The translations under genes and the position numbers were made by a program. Positions 10,956 to 19,569 of a stretch of 52,974 nt of DNA are shown here, one piece after another. Within the stretch, counting starts at the first letter, position 1. The number at the start of each line of letters is the position of its first letter. Location of the stretch: positions 1-52,974 of the forward strand of contig JALWTH010000252.1 of NCBI GenBank assembly GCA_027082975.1, written 5' to 3'. The stretch comes from Paracoccaceae bacterium. GTDB lineage: Bacteria > Pseudomonadota > Alphaproteobacteria > Rhodobacterales > Rhodobacteraceae. Below the pieces are notes generated by a model. The model saw only the letters and a program-made list of their open reading frames with translations. It made no database searches and had not been told where the DNA came from.

Positions 10956-12369
10956 GCCAGGGGCCGAAGCCGAACAGCATGTAATCGCGCTGATAGGCGG
11001 CGCGCACGGCCTTTTCCACCTCGCCGTCATAGATGTCTTCGAGGGCAAAGGGCGTGTCGGGCTCGGCCGGGGGCAACGGCGCGGGGGCAAGGCCGACCTC
11101 GCCCGCCACGGCCTGCAGCCCCTGTTCGAGCCGGTCTTCGCGCAGGATGTGGTCGGGCAGGATGAACTGGGCAAAACCCTGGATGATCTTGCCCTGCGAG
11201 GCCCAGGCGCCATCGACCCGGATCGAGGTCTGACCGTTCAGATTGCCCCTGACCCAGCCGGCAAAGGCGATGAAGGCGGCGCGGTGGGCATCGGCGTCCT
11301 GCGGCGCGCCATGCTCGGGCAGGGGCAGGTCATAGACCTCGCGCAGGGTGCGGCGGATCTCGGGGTAAGCCTCGCTTCCCTCGCCCAGGATATGGCGGCA
11401 GAAGGCCCGGTGCAGGCGCGCGACCGGGTGGCTGAGCAGGGTAAAGGAGCGGTGGCCCGGGTGGCCGCGCTTCCACTGGCGCAGGGTCTTCTGGGTGAAG
11501 CCGCTCTGCAGGGCTTCCGGCGCGCACCCCTCCATCTCCGCCAGCCACTGGCGCAGACGCGCATTGCCCGCGCCACGCACCGGCATGAACAGCAGCGCCA
11601 CCTTGTCGCCGGCCACATAGGAGGGCACCAGCGGGCCGCGGCGGGGCTCGAAATTGGGCAGGCGGCCGAGGTCGTAATGGTCGATCCGGGCCAGCGCCTC
11701 CTGCATCTCGGCGTAATTGGTCACCTTGTCGGCCAGCGCCTGGGGGTTCTGCTTCTTGGTCTTGCCGGTAAAGGCCTCAAGCCGCGTCTTTTCGCCAAGA
11801 AAGCGCGCAAGCCCGTTGATCACGTCGAGATTCTGGATGTCCTCGTAGTCGATGTAAAAGGCCGTCTGCCCCGAGACCTGCAGCGCGCGCAGGATCTTTT
11901 CCTGAAAGGCCTTGCGCGCCAGCAGCATCTGCTCGAACCCTTCCGGCTCGAAGCGCACCTTTGCGGTGCGGGCATTCTTCATGTCGCCCAGCCGCCACTG
12001 GTCGGTCGCCTGGGCGATGCGGTGGGAGACATAGCTCTCGACCACGTTGCGGGTGAGCACGATCTTGGCGCAGCGCCGATCCGCCATCACCGCATCGAAC
12101 ACCCGCGGGTCATGGTCGTGAAAGTAGCGAAAGCCGGGGATGCCCTCGGTGCGCGCCTTCATCACCTCGATCAGGCGCAGCGGGTCCGCATCGCGCTGAG
12201 CCCGGGTGATACCGAAGAGATCCTTGCGCTTCGGGTCAACGATGAAATGCGGGTTGAACGCCTCGCCATGGCATTTGAGCCCCGGAAAGGCATCGAGATT
12301 GCTTTCGAGAAAATTGCTCCCGGTGCGCATCTCGGCGAGGATCACGAAGCTGTCAAAGGGGCGGTCCAT
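10945..12369 (-). CDS. two-domain sulfotransferase-like protein (Stf0/NodH-like N-terminal half, sulfotransferase-family-2-like C-terminal half)
   Basis: N-terminal half: FVILAEMRTGSNFLE (PAPS 5'-phosphosulfate-loop-like) and IVLTRNVVESYVSHRIAQATDQW (3'-phosphate motif-like). C-terminal half: LLFMPVRGAGNARL, SHPVARLHRAF and a terminal DYMLFGF. The assignment comes from motif memory, not from a search. Confidence 0.7.
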   Translation of the reverse strand: MDRPFDSFVILAEMRTGSNFLESNLDAFPGLKCHGEAFNPHFIVDPKRKDLFGITRAQRDADPLRLIEVMKARTEGIPGFRYFHDHDPRVFDAVMADRRCAKIVLTRNVVESYVSHRIAQATDQWRLGDMKNARTAKVRFEPEGFEQMLLARKAFQEKILRALQVSGQTAFYIDYEDIQNLDVINGLARFLGEKTRLEAFTGKTKKQNPQALADKVTNYAEMQEALARIDHYDLGRLPNFEPRRGPLVPSYVAGDKVALLFMPVRGAGNARLRQWLAEMEGCAPEALQSGFTQKTLRQWKRGHPGHRSFTLLSHPVARLHRAFCRHILGEGSEAYPEIRRTLREVYDLPLPEHGAPQDADAHRAAFIAFAGWVRGNLNGQTSIRVDGAWASQGKIIQGFAQFILPDHILREDRLEQGLQAVAGEVGLAPAPLPPAEPDTPFALEDIYDGEVEKAVRAAYQRDYMLFGFGPWLSA

Positions 12370-12376
12370 GCGGGGC

Positions 12377-14074
12377 TCACTTTACGAGATAGGGCTTGCC
12401 GGCTGACGGGCGATTCTGTACGGCTGCAATGCCGGTGGGAAAGTCGCCCATAAGATACGGATGCATCCCCTGGTTCTTGAGATTTTGCAGGAATTGTCCA
12501 AAGCCATCCAGTGGCACCATGCGCGGCGCAGCGGTCAGCCGGTGAGCGGAACGGGCACCGATTTCGTCGATGATCGTCTGCAGGGGCTCCATCGGCGCCT
12601 CGATGAAATCGGCCATGGTCCAGATCCGCACCCGCGCCTTGGCATGGGGAGAGCGCAGGATGTCCAGAAATTCGCTCTCGATCTTCTGCAGCCGCGCTGC
12701 TTCCTTGCGGATGATGGAGAAATCCTTGTTGGAATGAAACAGCGGCACCGCCCAGGCGCCGGAGATGACCGAGATCTGCGCATTGGGATCGGTGGCCATG
12801 AACCAGTTGTTCGCCTGGTTGTCGCCCGGCCCGAACTGGAAGCACTGGCGCTCGCCGCGGGTGTTCCAGATCAGGTTGGTGAAAAAGGCGCGCGGGTTGT
12901 AGTCGCGAATGGCGGCACTGTCGGTAAGCGCGCCGGAAAAGACCTCCGCGCCGGCGGCGAACTCGACCCGGTCAGGGGCAAACAGATGCCCATGCACCCG
13001 CGCGCCCACCACCCGGCCCAGCCAGGTCTCGAAATCCTCGAACAGCTCGGTAAAGCCCTGAAACACTGAATATTGCGCGCTGGTCTTGCCGTTTTCCCAG
13101 TTTTCGTTGGGAAAGCGGCTCTGCATGTAGAGCCCCGGCCGGCCCTTGGTGCGCCGCTCGACCGCCTTGGAGAAAAGCCGGTCGATCTTGCCCGGATTGG
13201 GCTCGGCCCTGGTCGTGGCGCTGGCGGAATCGGCGAGGAAGCTCTCGTAGAGCTTGTCCGCATGGGGCCAGATCTTGCGCGCGACGAAACAGTCGGAGCG
13301 GCGCAGAAGCTGCAGGTGATCGTCGTAGAAGATATGCGGCTTGCCCTGAAAATCGAACTTGGAAAGCGTCAGCGAGCGGCTCTCGATATTGGCCGAATAG
13401 AGCCGCACCATGGTCTGGAAATAGCTCTCGTCCGGGATCCAGACCCTGCGGAAATAGCGGACATATTCCTCGTAATCCGGGTCGTCGAAGATCGCGGTCA
13501 GGGTCTGGCGGGTCAGGCACCACCACTGGCTGCCCATATGCGGCACCAGGCCGGGCGGAATCCGGCGCTTGAATTTCAGCCTGCGCTGAAGGTTCACATA
13601 GCCGTCAAACAGCCGCCGGTGGCGCTTCCAGGAAAAGGGAAAGCGCAGGGTGAAGCGCTCGGCATCGAGCCCGCCGACGGTCCAGGGCACGTCTTCGGTG
13701 GTCGCGCTTTCGATGAAGTTGGTCAGCGGGCGCTCTTCGAGATAGGCGATCAGCTCTTCGACCGGCCTGAGCGGCAGGCAGGAGCCGCTGGCGAGATAGA
13801 CATGGCGCACCTCGGCAAAGCGCCGCAGCATCAGCTTCGTCGCGCTGATCGACGCCTCGACCAGCGACCAGGTACCCCATTCGCAGCGGTGGCGGGTGGA
13901 AAACAGGATATTGTCGAGGTCGGCAAGGCTCTCGACAAAAGCGTCATATTCGCCGCGCCCCACCCGCTTGTCCACATGGATCACCACCGGGCAGCCCTTG
14001 CCCGCCCAGTGGCGCGCCACCTGCTCGGCGCGATTGAGCGCCTCGTGGACCAGCATGACGAAGCCGACGCTCAT
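12377..14074 (-). CDS. GT14 (core-2/I-branching type) glycosyltransferase with a roughly 300-aa C-terminal extension of unknown function
   Basis: FVMLVHEALNRAEQVARHW...VVIHVDKR...RHRCEWGTWSLVEASI...YLASGSCLPLRP is the Branch-family pattern. ATG 14074 overlaps the upstream stop (ATGA). Confidence 0.8.
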   Translation of the reverse strand: MSVGFVMLVHEALNRAEQVARHWAGKGCPVVIHVDKRVGRGEYDAFVESLADLDNILFSTRHRCEWGTWSLVEASISATKLMLRRFAEVRHVYLASGSCLPLRPVEELIAYLEERPLTNFIESATTEDVPWTVGGLDAERFTLRFPFSWKRHRRLFDGYVNLQRRLKFKRRIPPGLVPHMGSQWWCLTRQTLTAIFDDPDYEEYVRYFRRVWIPDESYFQTMVRLYSANIESRSLTLSKFDFQGKPHIFYDDHLQLLRRSDCFVARKIWPHADKLYESFLADSASATTRAEPNPGKIDRLFSKAVERRTKGRPGLYMQSRFPNENWENGKTSAQYSVFQGFTELFEDFETWLGRVVGARVHGHLFAPDRVEFAAGAEVFSGALTDSAAIRDYNPRAFFTNLIWNTRGERQCFQFGPGDNQANNWFMATDPNAQISVISGAWAVPLFHSNKDFSIIRKEAARLQKIESEFLDILRSPHAKARVRIWTMADFIEAPMEPLQTIIDEIGARSAHRLTAAPRMVPLDGFGQFLQNLKNQGMHPYLMGDFPTGIAAVQNRPSAGKPYLVK

Positions 14075-15081
14075 GCCCAGTTCCCCTTGGACATCAGGCC
14101 GAGGATCTCCAGCTGGCGCCAGTTGATGTATTTCTCGCTCCACTTGCACCAGAGGTCCGGGTTTTCGCGCAGGCGAGCCTCGTAAGCGCGGTATTCGTGG
14201 CTGTTGGCATAATGCTGGCGGCGCTTGAGTTCTTCTGTCGCCTTGGCGCCGAACGTGTCGAGAAACTTGGCGTGCAGCAGGCAGCCCGAGGCCTTCTCGC
14301 CCCCCCATTCGTCATAGACCAGATTGAGCCCGCGCGGCAGCAGCATGTGGGTCGAGCTGACATAGGTATAGCGCCGGTCCCACCGGACCAGCGGGATCTT
14401 GTTCAGCGCCGGGCTGCGCTCGGGCTGGTCCGGGAAAAAGGCCCGGCTGCGCGGGCCGCCCTGGATCCACAGATTGCCGAACCGGCGGTTCTTCCGGATC
14501 ATGTAATTGCCGCTGTCGAACCAGCTGGCGATCTCGAAGGGATCCTGGCCCTCGCGGTAGGGCTGCGCGTCCAGCGGCCCCTTGGGGTACATGTCCAGCA
14601 GCATGGCGCCGAAGGAGCGGATCGAGGAAGCGTCGAGCCAGTCGGTGAGCGCGCGCAGGGGGCGGGTGTCGCAGAACGGATAGACCAGGAATTCGTCCGG
14701 GTCGACCACCAGGCACCAGTGACCGTGCCCGTGCTTCCATTGCAGCCAGTTCAGCCAGTCCACCCCGAAGCGGGCGCGCTTGTAGCTGTGGCGCGTGGTC
14801 CAGAGCGAGACATCCTCCTGTCGGCGCAGATATTCGGCCGAGCCATCGTCGGAGTCGTTGTCCACGATCAGGAAGTGGTTGACCCCCATATTGCGGTAAT
14901 AGCGCAGGAAATAGGGCAGGCGCACGCGCTCGTTGCGCAGGGTGGAAAAGACCAGGATATCCTTGGGCGCGATCTCGTCGGTGCGATTGTTGACAGCTGT
15001 CAACTCGCGCCGCTTGCGAAAGGCCCGGATGCGCCAGCGCTTGCGCTGCAACCGCAACCGGTATGAGCTTATTGCACCCAT
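14071..15081 (-). CDS. glycosyltransferase family 2-like protein
   Basis: ILVFSTLRNERVRLPYFLRYYRNMGVNHFLIVDNDSDDGS...VVDPDEF carries DxD-type motifs. Confidence 0.8.
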   Translation of the reverse strand: MGAISSYRLRLQRKRWRIRAFRKRRELTAVNNRTDEIAPKDILVFSTLRNERVRLPYFLRYYRNMGVNHFLIVDNDSDDGSAEYLRRQEDVSLWTTRHSYKRARFGVDWLNWLQWKHGHGHWCLVVDPDEFLVYPFCDTRPLRALTDWLDASSIRSFGAMLLDMYPKGPLDAQPYREGQDPFEIASWFDSGNYMIRKNRRFGNLWIQGGPRSRAFFPDQPERSPALNKIPLVRWDRRYTYVSSTHMLLPRGLNLVYDEWGGEKASGCLLHAKFLDTFGAKATEELKRRQHYANSHEYRAYEARLRENPDLWCKWSEKYINWRQLEILGLMSKGNWA

Positions 15082-15119
15082 CTCTTCCCTCTCGGCAACC
15101 GCCCGTACCTGTCAGCCTA

Positions 15120-16337
15120 TCACGAGACCCTTAAGACCAGGTTGAAGTGATCTTCCCATGTGGGGAGCGCCGGGCCGGTGTCCTGCATGGCCCCCGGGGA
15201 TCGCCTCGCGTCTGTTTCTTCTGCCAGAGCCTGTATCGTTTTGCGCCAAGAATACATGTCCGCGGGACTCGCGTAAATGGGAATGTTGCCAAGGATTTCG
15301 CAGAGAACCGGCAGGTCGGAAGCGACCACCGGCACGCCCAGCGCGTGCGCCTCGCAGGGAGGCAGGCCGAAGCCTTCGGCATGGCTCGGAAAAAGCAGCG
15401 CCCGAGCGCCCTGGAGCAGGGCGGCCACGGCGCCGTCGGACAGGCGATCGAGCTCGATCACGCCCCGGGGACGGGCGTCGAGCCGGGCGAAGACGGCCTG
15501 GTTGTTCCAGCCGCGATTGCCGACGATATAGAGATTGGGCGCCGGGCCATGTGCGGTCAGATCCTCCCAGATATCCAGCAGCAGGGCGTGGTTCTTGCGC
15601 GGCTCGATCGTGCCCAGGGCGACGAAATAGGGCGTGGCGAGGTCGAGGCCCGCGGGCAGGGCCTCGGGCGCGGGTTCCGGTACCTCGATGCCCAGATGCG
15701 CCACCAGCCCCGGCGGCACCCTTCCCCAGCCGGAAAAGTACCGCTCCGCATCCCGCCGGCTGGCAGCGGAATTGTAGATCACCAGATCGGCTGCCCGCGC
15801 CACCGCCCGCATCCGGCGCTCGAAAAGCGGCACGGTGCCGGGGCGCTGGTATTCGGGATATTCGAGCGGGATCATGTCATGCACCAGCACATGCGCCCGC
15901 CCGCCGGCGGCATGGATCGCGGCAAAGACGTCATCGGACAGGTTGGCATGGCCGACATTGAGCCAGACCGCGCCCGCCGGCAGGTGACGCGCAAGCATCC
16001 GGGCCAGCCCCTTGCGGCCCGAGCGCGCCAGAGCCAGGCGGCGCAGGTCGCTTTCGGCACGCCGGCGCATCGGCGCACGGCGGTGGGTCAGGCGCGACAA
16101 CAGATCGGCCGACCCCCAGGCGGCGCGCCCCGAAAGGCACGAATGCAGGGCCTCCACCCCCTCCCGATCCAGCAGGACGAAGCCCAGTGCCGTGCGCACC
16201 AGGGCAAAGAGCGGCTCGGGCTCGGCGCTCAGATGCGACAGGTAGGCGGCCTCCACCCGGTCGATGCCGGTCATCGCCCCGCCACCCACCCGCGACATGA
16301 GCCGCGTCAGGTCCAGAAGGCGCGCCGGCACACCCAT
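15120..16337 (-). CDS. glycosyltransferase family 1 (GT4-type)
   Basis: The C-terminal EPRKNHALLL...LFPSHAEGFGLPPCEAHALGVPVVASD contains the E(x7)E region. Confidence 0.85.
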   Translation of the reverse strand: MGVPARLLDLTRLMSRVGGGAMTGIDRVEAAYLSHLSAEPEPLFALVRTALGFVLLDREGVEALHSCLSGRAAWGSADLLSRLTHRRAPMRRRAESDLRRLALARSGRKGLARMLARHLPAGAVWLNVGHANLSDDVFAAIHAAGGRAHVLVHDMIPLEYPEYQRPGTVPLFERRMRAVARAADLVIYNSAASRRDAERYFSGWGRVPPGLVAHLGIEVPEPAPEALPAGLDLATPYFVALGTIEPRKNHALLLDIWEDLTAHGPAPNLYIVGNRGWNNQAVFARLDARPRGVIELDRLSDGAVAALLQGARALLFPSHAEGFGLPPCEAHALGVPVVASDLPVLCEILGNIPIYASPADMYSWRKTIQALAEETDARRSPGAMQDTGPALPTWEDHFNLVLRVS

Positions 16338-16358
16338 CAGCCTGTCACCGGACAGCGC

Positions 16359-17252
16359 CTATTCCGCAGCCTTGTTATGCTCGGTAACCGTGTGCAGGTA
16401 TTGGGCGAGTTCGTCGCGCAGGTCCGGCCGCGCCAGGGCGAAGGACACCGTGGCCTGCAGGAAGCCCGCCTTGGACCCGCAGTCGAAGCGCTGGCCGTCG
16501 AAGCGGTAACCATAGACATCGCGCCCTTCGACGATCTCCCGGGCAATGGCGTCGGTCAGCTGAATCTCGCCCCCGGCGCCGCTCTTGATCCGGTTCAGGT
16601 TCTGCAGGACCTTGGGGCTGAGGATATAGCGCCCGATCACCGCAAGGCTGGAGGGCGCCTTGCCCGGCTCGGGTTTCTCCACCATGCCCTTGACATGCAC
16701 GATCTTGCCCAGGTCCTGATCCAGGTCGAGAACTCCGTAGAGATGCGCCTTGTCCGGGGCCACCTCCATCGCCGCGACCATCGAGCCGCCGGTTTCCTCA
16801 TAGGCCTCGACCATCTGCTGCAGGCAGGGCTTCTCGGCGGCGATCACGTCGTCCGGCAGAATCACGGCAAAGGGCTCGTTGGCGATCAGGCGGCGGGCGC
16901 ACCACACCGCGTGGCCCAGGCCCAGGGCCCTGTGCTGGCGGATATAGGCGATGGCGCCGCTGTCCATATTGGTGCTTTTCAGGCTGTCGAGAAGCTCGGT
17001 CTTGCCCTTCTTGCGCAGTTCCTGCTCGAGCACCGGGGCATTGTCGAAGTAATCTTCCAGCGCCCCCTTGCCACGCGAAGTGACGAAGATGAATTCCTTG
17101 ATCCCCGCCGCCCGCGCCTCGTCGATCGCATACTGGATCAGCGGGCGGTCCACCAGGGTCATGATCTCCTTGGGGATCGACTTCGTTGCCGGCAAGAACC
17201 GTGTACCAAGCCCGGCTACCGGGAATATCGCCTTGGTTACTTTCCTGCGCAT
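16359..17252 (-). CDS. galU: UTP--glucose-1-phosphate uridylyltransferase
   Basis: KAIFPVAGLGTRFLPATKSIPKEIMTLVDRPLIQY...VEKP are GalU signatures. Confidence 0.93.
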   Translation of the reverse strand: MRRKVTKAIFPVAGLGTRFLPATKSIPKEIMTLVDRPLIQYAIDEARAAGIKEFIFVTSRGKGALEDYFDNAPVLEQELRKKGKTELLDSLKSTNMDSGAIAYIRQHRALGLGHAVWCARRLIANEPFAVILPDDVIAAEKPCLQQMVEAYEETGGSMVAAMEVAPDKAHLYGVLDLDQDLGKIVHVKGMVEKPEPGKAPSSLAVIGRYILSPKVLQNLNRIKSGAGGEIQLTDAIAREIVEGRDVYGYRFDGQRFDCGSKAGFLQATVSFALARPDLRDELAQYLHTVTEHNKAAE

Positions 17253-17323
17253 GTTGTTACCTCTCGCTCATTCTGTTGACCTGCCTCATCGACCTGCCTG
17301 AGACGGATTTCGTCTGTTACGAT

Positions 17324-18637
17324 TCACACGCCACTTTCCGGCGTTATTCTTTCATTTCCCTTAATGTTAGACCTTACGTTTCCCGCCGTCATCTGCCGAG
17401 GGGAAAAATCCGCCTTTTGGCGCAACTTCGCAACACGCGCCCATTCCTGCGCCACCCGGCGGCGGAAGGGGACAAGCCGGAAGACGGGCTCGCTGCGCTC
17501 CGCGCGGCCAAACAGCCCGCCCCTGTGCAGCCAATAGCCGTCGCGCACGAAGCGCACATCGTGGTAGAGCGCGGTCGGGCTGAAGCGAAAGACGGTGGCA
17601 TTCTTGCCCGCCCGCACCGCGCCCAGCGCCCGGGCGCGCAGGTGCCGGCGGCTCCAGGTCCGCCCGGCAATGCAAACATGGCCGCGAGGGGCCGGGGTGA
17701 AAGGCAGGAAAGCCTCCCCTTCCCCCGTCAGGGGCGAGAGCGGCGCAAGGACACGCTGGCGGCCCTCGGCGATCCCCGCTTCCAGGCCTTCCAGAAGCCG
17801 GGCGACATCGCGCGGCTCCAGCCCGCCGCGCACCATGTGGGCCAGCAGGCGCCGGCGCTGCTCCGCGCGCAGCCGCTCCAGCGCGCCGGGCCAGTCCTGC
17901 TCGGGCGCGTGCTTGCGCAGGAAAACCATGCTGGAAGCGCCGATCTCCCTGAGCGAGCGCGGCGCCCGGTCCGAGGCGCGCCGATCCGAAGCGGCATAGC
18001 CGTGATGCACCTGCGCGAGCGGCACGACAGCCGTCTTTCCGCCTGCCCCGGCGAGACGCATGTTCAGATCCGTCTCGTCGTGAAAAAACCGGAAAACAGG
18101 GTCTAATCCGCCCATTAGAGACACATCCTGGCGGCGAAAGGCGCAGTTGGTCCCCATGGTCTTGACCGCGTGGCCCGGCGGGGGCGCGACGATCCGAGGC
18201 GCCTCGCCGGCCACCTCCAGCGGCACCTCCTCGCCGGTCCGGCTGACCAGGCCGGCACGATACTGAAATGAAATCCCGTTGCGCCCGCGCACATAGCCCC
18301 CGGCGGCGACAACCACGGGATCGGCAAACGGGGCGGCGAGGTGGTCAAGCCAGGTCGGCTCGGGCACGGCATCGTCGTCGATAAAGGCGACGATCTCGCC
18401 TGCCGCCGCGGCGATCCCGGCATTGCGCGCGGCCGAGATATTGGGCGCATCGAAGGGCACCGTCTTGACGCGCGCCTGCCAGCCCATTTCCGCCACCGCG
18501 GCGATCCCGCCTTCATCGGCGACCACGACGATCTCGAAAGCCGGATAATACATCTGCCCGAGCCCGGTCAGGCAGCGCGCCAGCAGGCCGGCTCGCCCGC
18601 GGCTGACGACGATCACGCTGACCGGGAGCGGCGCCAT
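17324..18637 (-). CDS. glycosyltransferase family 2 with a C-terminal extension
   Basis: MAPLPVSVIVVSRGRAGLLARCL...IVVVADE...ARNAGIAAAAGEIVAFIDDDAVP. ATG 18637 overlaps the cysQ stop by 1 nt (TGATG). The upstream 273 codons of the 710-aa ORF are not credible. Confidence 0.8.
   Translation of the reverse strand: MAPLPVSVIVVSRGRAGLLARCLTGLGQMYYPAFEIVVVADEGGIAAVAEMGWQARVKTVPFDAPNISAARNAGIAAAAGEIVAFIDDDAVPEPTWLDHLAAPFADPVVVAAGGYVRGRNGISFQYRAGLVSRTGEEVPLEVAGEAPRIVAPPPGHAVKTMGTNCAFRRQDVSLMGGLDPVFRFFHDETDLNMRLAGAGGKTAVVPLAQVHHGYAASDRRASDRAPRSLREIGASSMVFLRKHAPEQDWPGALERLRAEQRRRLLAHMVRGGLEPRDVARLLEGLEAGIAEGRQRVLAPLSPLTGEGEAFLPFTPAPRGHVCIAGRTWSRRHLRARALGAVRAGKNATVFRFSPTALYHDVRFVRDGYWLHRGGLFGRAERSEPVFRLVPFRRRVAQEWARVAKLRQKADFSPRQMTAGNVRSNIKGNERITPESGV
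18099..18122. repeat. intragenic 24-bp imperfect palindrome GGGTCTAA-TCCGCCCA-TTAGAGAC (motif family copy, in the GT2 gene)
   Basis: 19/24 identical to the cca copy. On the gene's sense strand it reads TCT CTA ATG GGC GGA TTA GAC C. Confidence 0.55.
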
Positions 18638-19434
18638 CAGGCTCGCTTCAGCCTCACCCCCGGCGAGGCGGCGATGAAGAACGGGTTCTCGAAGCCCGGC
18701 TTGCCATAGGTCAGCGGGCTGTGATCGTCGAAGCGCAGCACCCTTCCGCCCGCGCCGCCAAGCACCGCGTGGCCGGCGGCGGTGTCCCATTCCATGGTGC
18801 GACCGAGACGCGGGTAGAAATCCGCTTCGCCCGTCGCCACGAGGCAGAACTTGAGCGAGGATCCCGCCGCCTTCATGTCGGCGACCCGGTATTTGCTTAT
18901 GTAGTCGTCTGTCGCCTGATCCCGGTGCGACTTGGAGGCGACGACCAGCAGCGCGTCGTTGTCGGGCTCGGAGACGGAAACCGGCGTGGCCTCCCCCGGC
19001 GCATCGCGCCCGAACGGCCCGCGCTCCTCCACGCTCACCCCATCGGCCCGGGTGTAGAACATCCGCCCCCGCGCCGGCGCATGGACCATCCCGCGCACCG
19101 GCTTGCCATCCACCACATAGGCGATGTTCACGGTGAAGTCGCCGCGCCGGTGGACGAACTCTCTGGTCCCGTCCAGCGGATCGACGATCAGAAAGGTGCT
19201 CGCCCGCTGCGCGTGGCTTTCGGCCTGCTCCTCGGTGATCAGAGGCACATCGGGAAAGGCCGCGCGCAACCCGGCGGAGATCAGCGCATCGGCGGCCTCG
19301 TCCGCTTCGGTCACCGGGCTGTCGTCGGACTTGGCGCGCACGGCGAAATCCTCGCGCCCATAGACCTCCATGATCACCTCGCCCGCCTCGAGCGCCAGCC
19401 TGCGCATGACGGCTTCCAGCTTGTCGAAATCCAT
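18637..19434 (-). CDS. cysQ: 3'(2'),5'-bisphosphate nucleotidase (PAP phosphatase)
   Basis: DDSPVTEADEAAD..., IVDPLDGTREF and WDTAAGHAVL are inositol-monophosphatase/CysQ motifs. Confidence 0.88.
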   Translation of the reverse strand: MDFDKLEAVMRRLALEAGEVIMEVYGREDFAVRAKSDDSPVTEADEAADALISAGLRAAFPDVPLITEEQAESHAQRASTFLIVDPLDGTREFVHRRGDFTVNIAYVVDGKPVRGMVHAPARGRMFYTRADGVSVEERGPFGRDAPGEATPVSVSEPDNDALLVVASKSHRDQATDDYISKYRVADMKAAGSSLKFCLVATGEADFYPRLGRTMEWDTAAGHAVLGGAGGRVLRFDDHSPLTYGKPGFENPFFIAASPGVRLKRA

Positions 19435-19569
19435 GCTCGCTCCTCTCTCGCCTCACACGGCATCATTGTCATGATTGTCACGCGCCGTTTTTGTCTTTAT
19501 GCTCCGGCGATAAGGAAACGGCAAGATTTCCCTGCGAAAATGACGGGCAGGCACAGTTCGGGGATCCGG

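Noticed and set aside
9552-11213. 553-aa minus-strand ORF overlapping the tRNA and the DadA-like gene
   Set aside because: It runs through the tRNA-Arg gene and antisense to a gene with a clear FAD-binding motif. The translation is Pro/Arg/Gly-rich.
15147-17279. 710-aa plus-strand ORF
   Set aside because: It is antisense to the GT1 gene and to galU. Its composition is Arg/Gly/Pro-rich junk with no start context. The opposite strand has clear family motifs.
18638-19456. N-terminal 273 codons of the 710-aa ORF 17324-19456
   Set aside because: This part overlaps cysQ in another frame and translates to an Arg/Gly-rich sequence. The GT2 domain starts at MAPLPVSVIVV (ATG 18637), directly at the cysQ stop.
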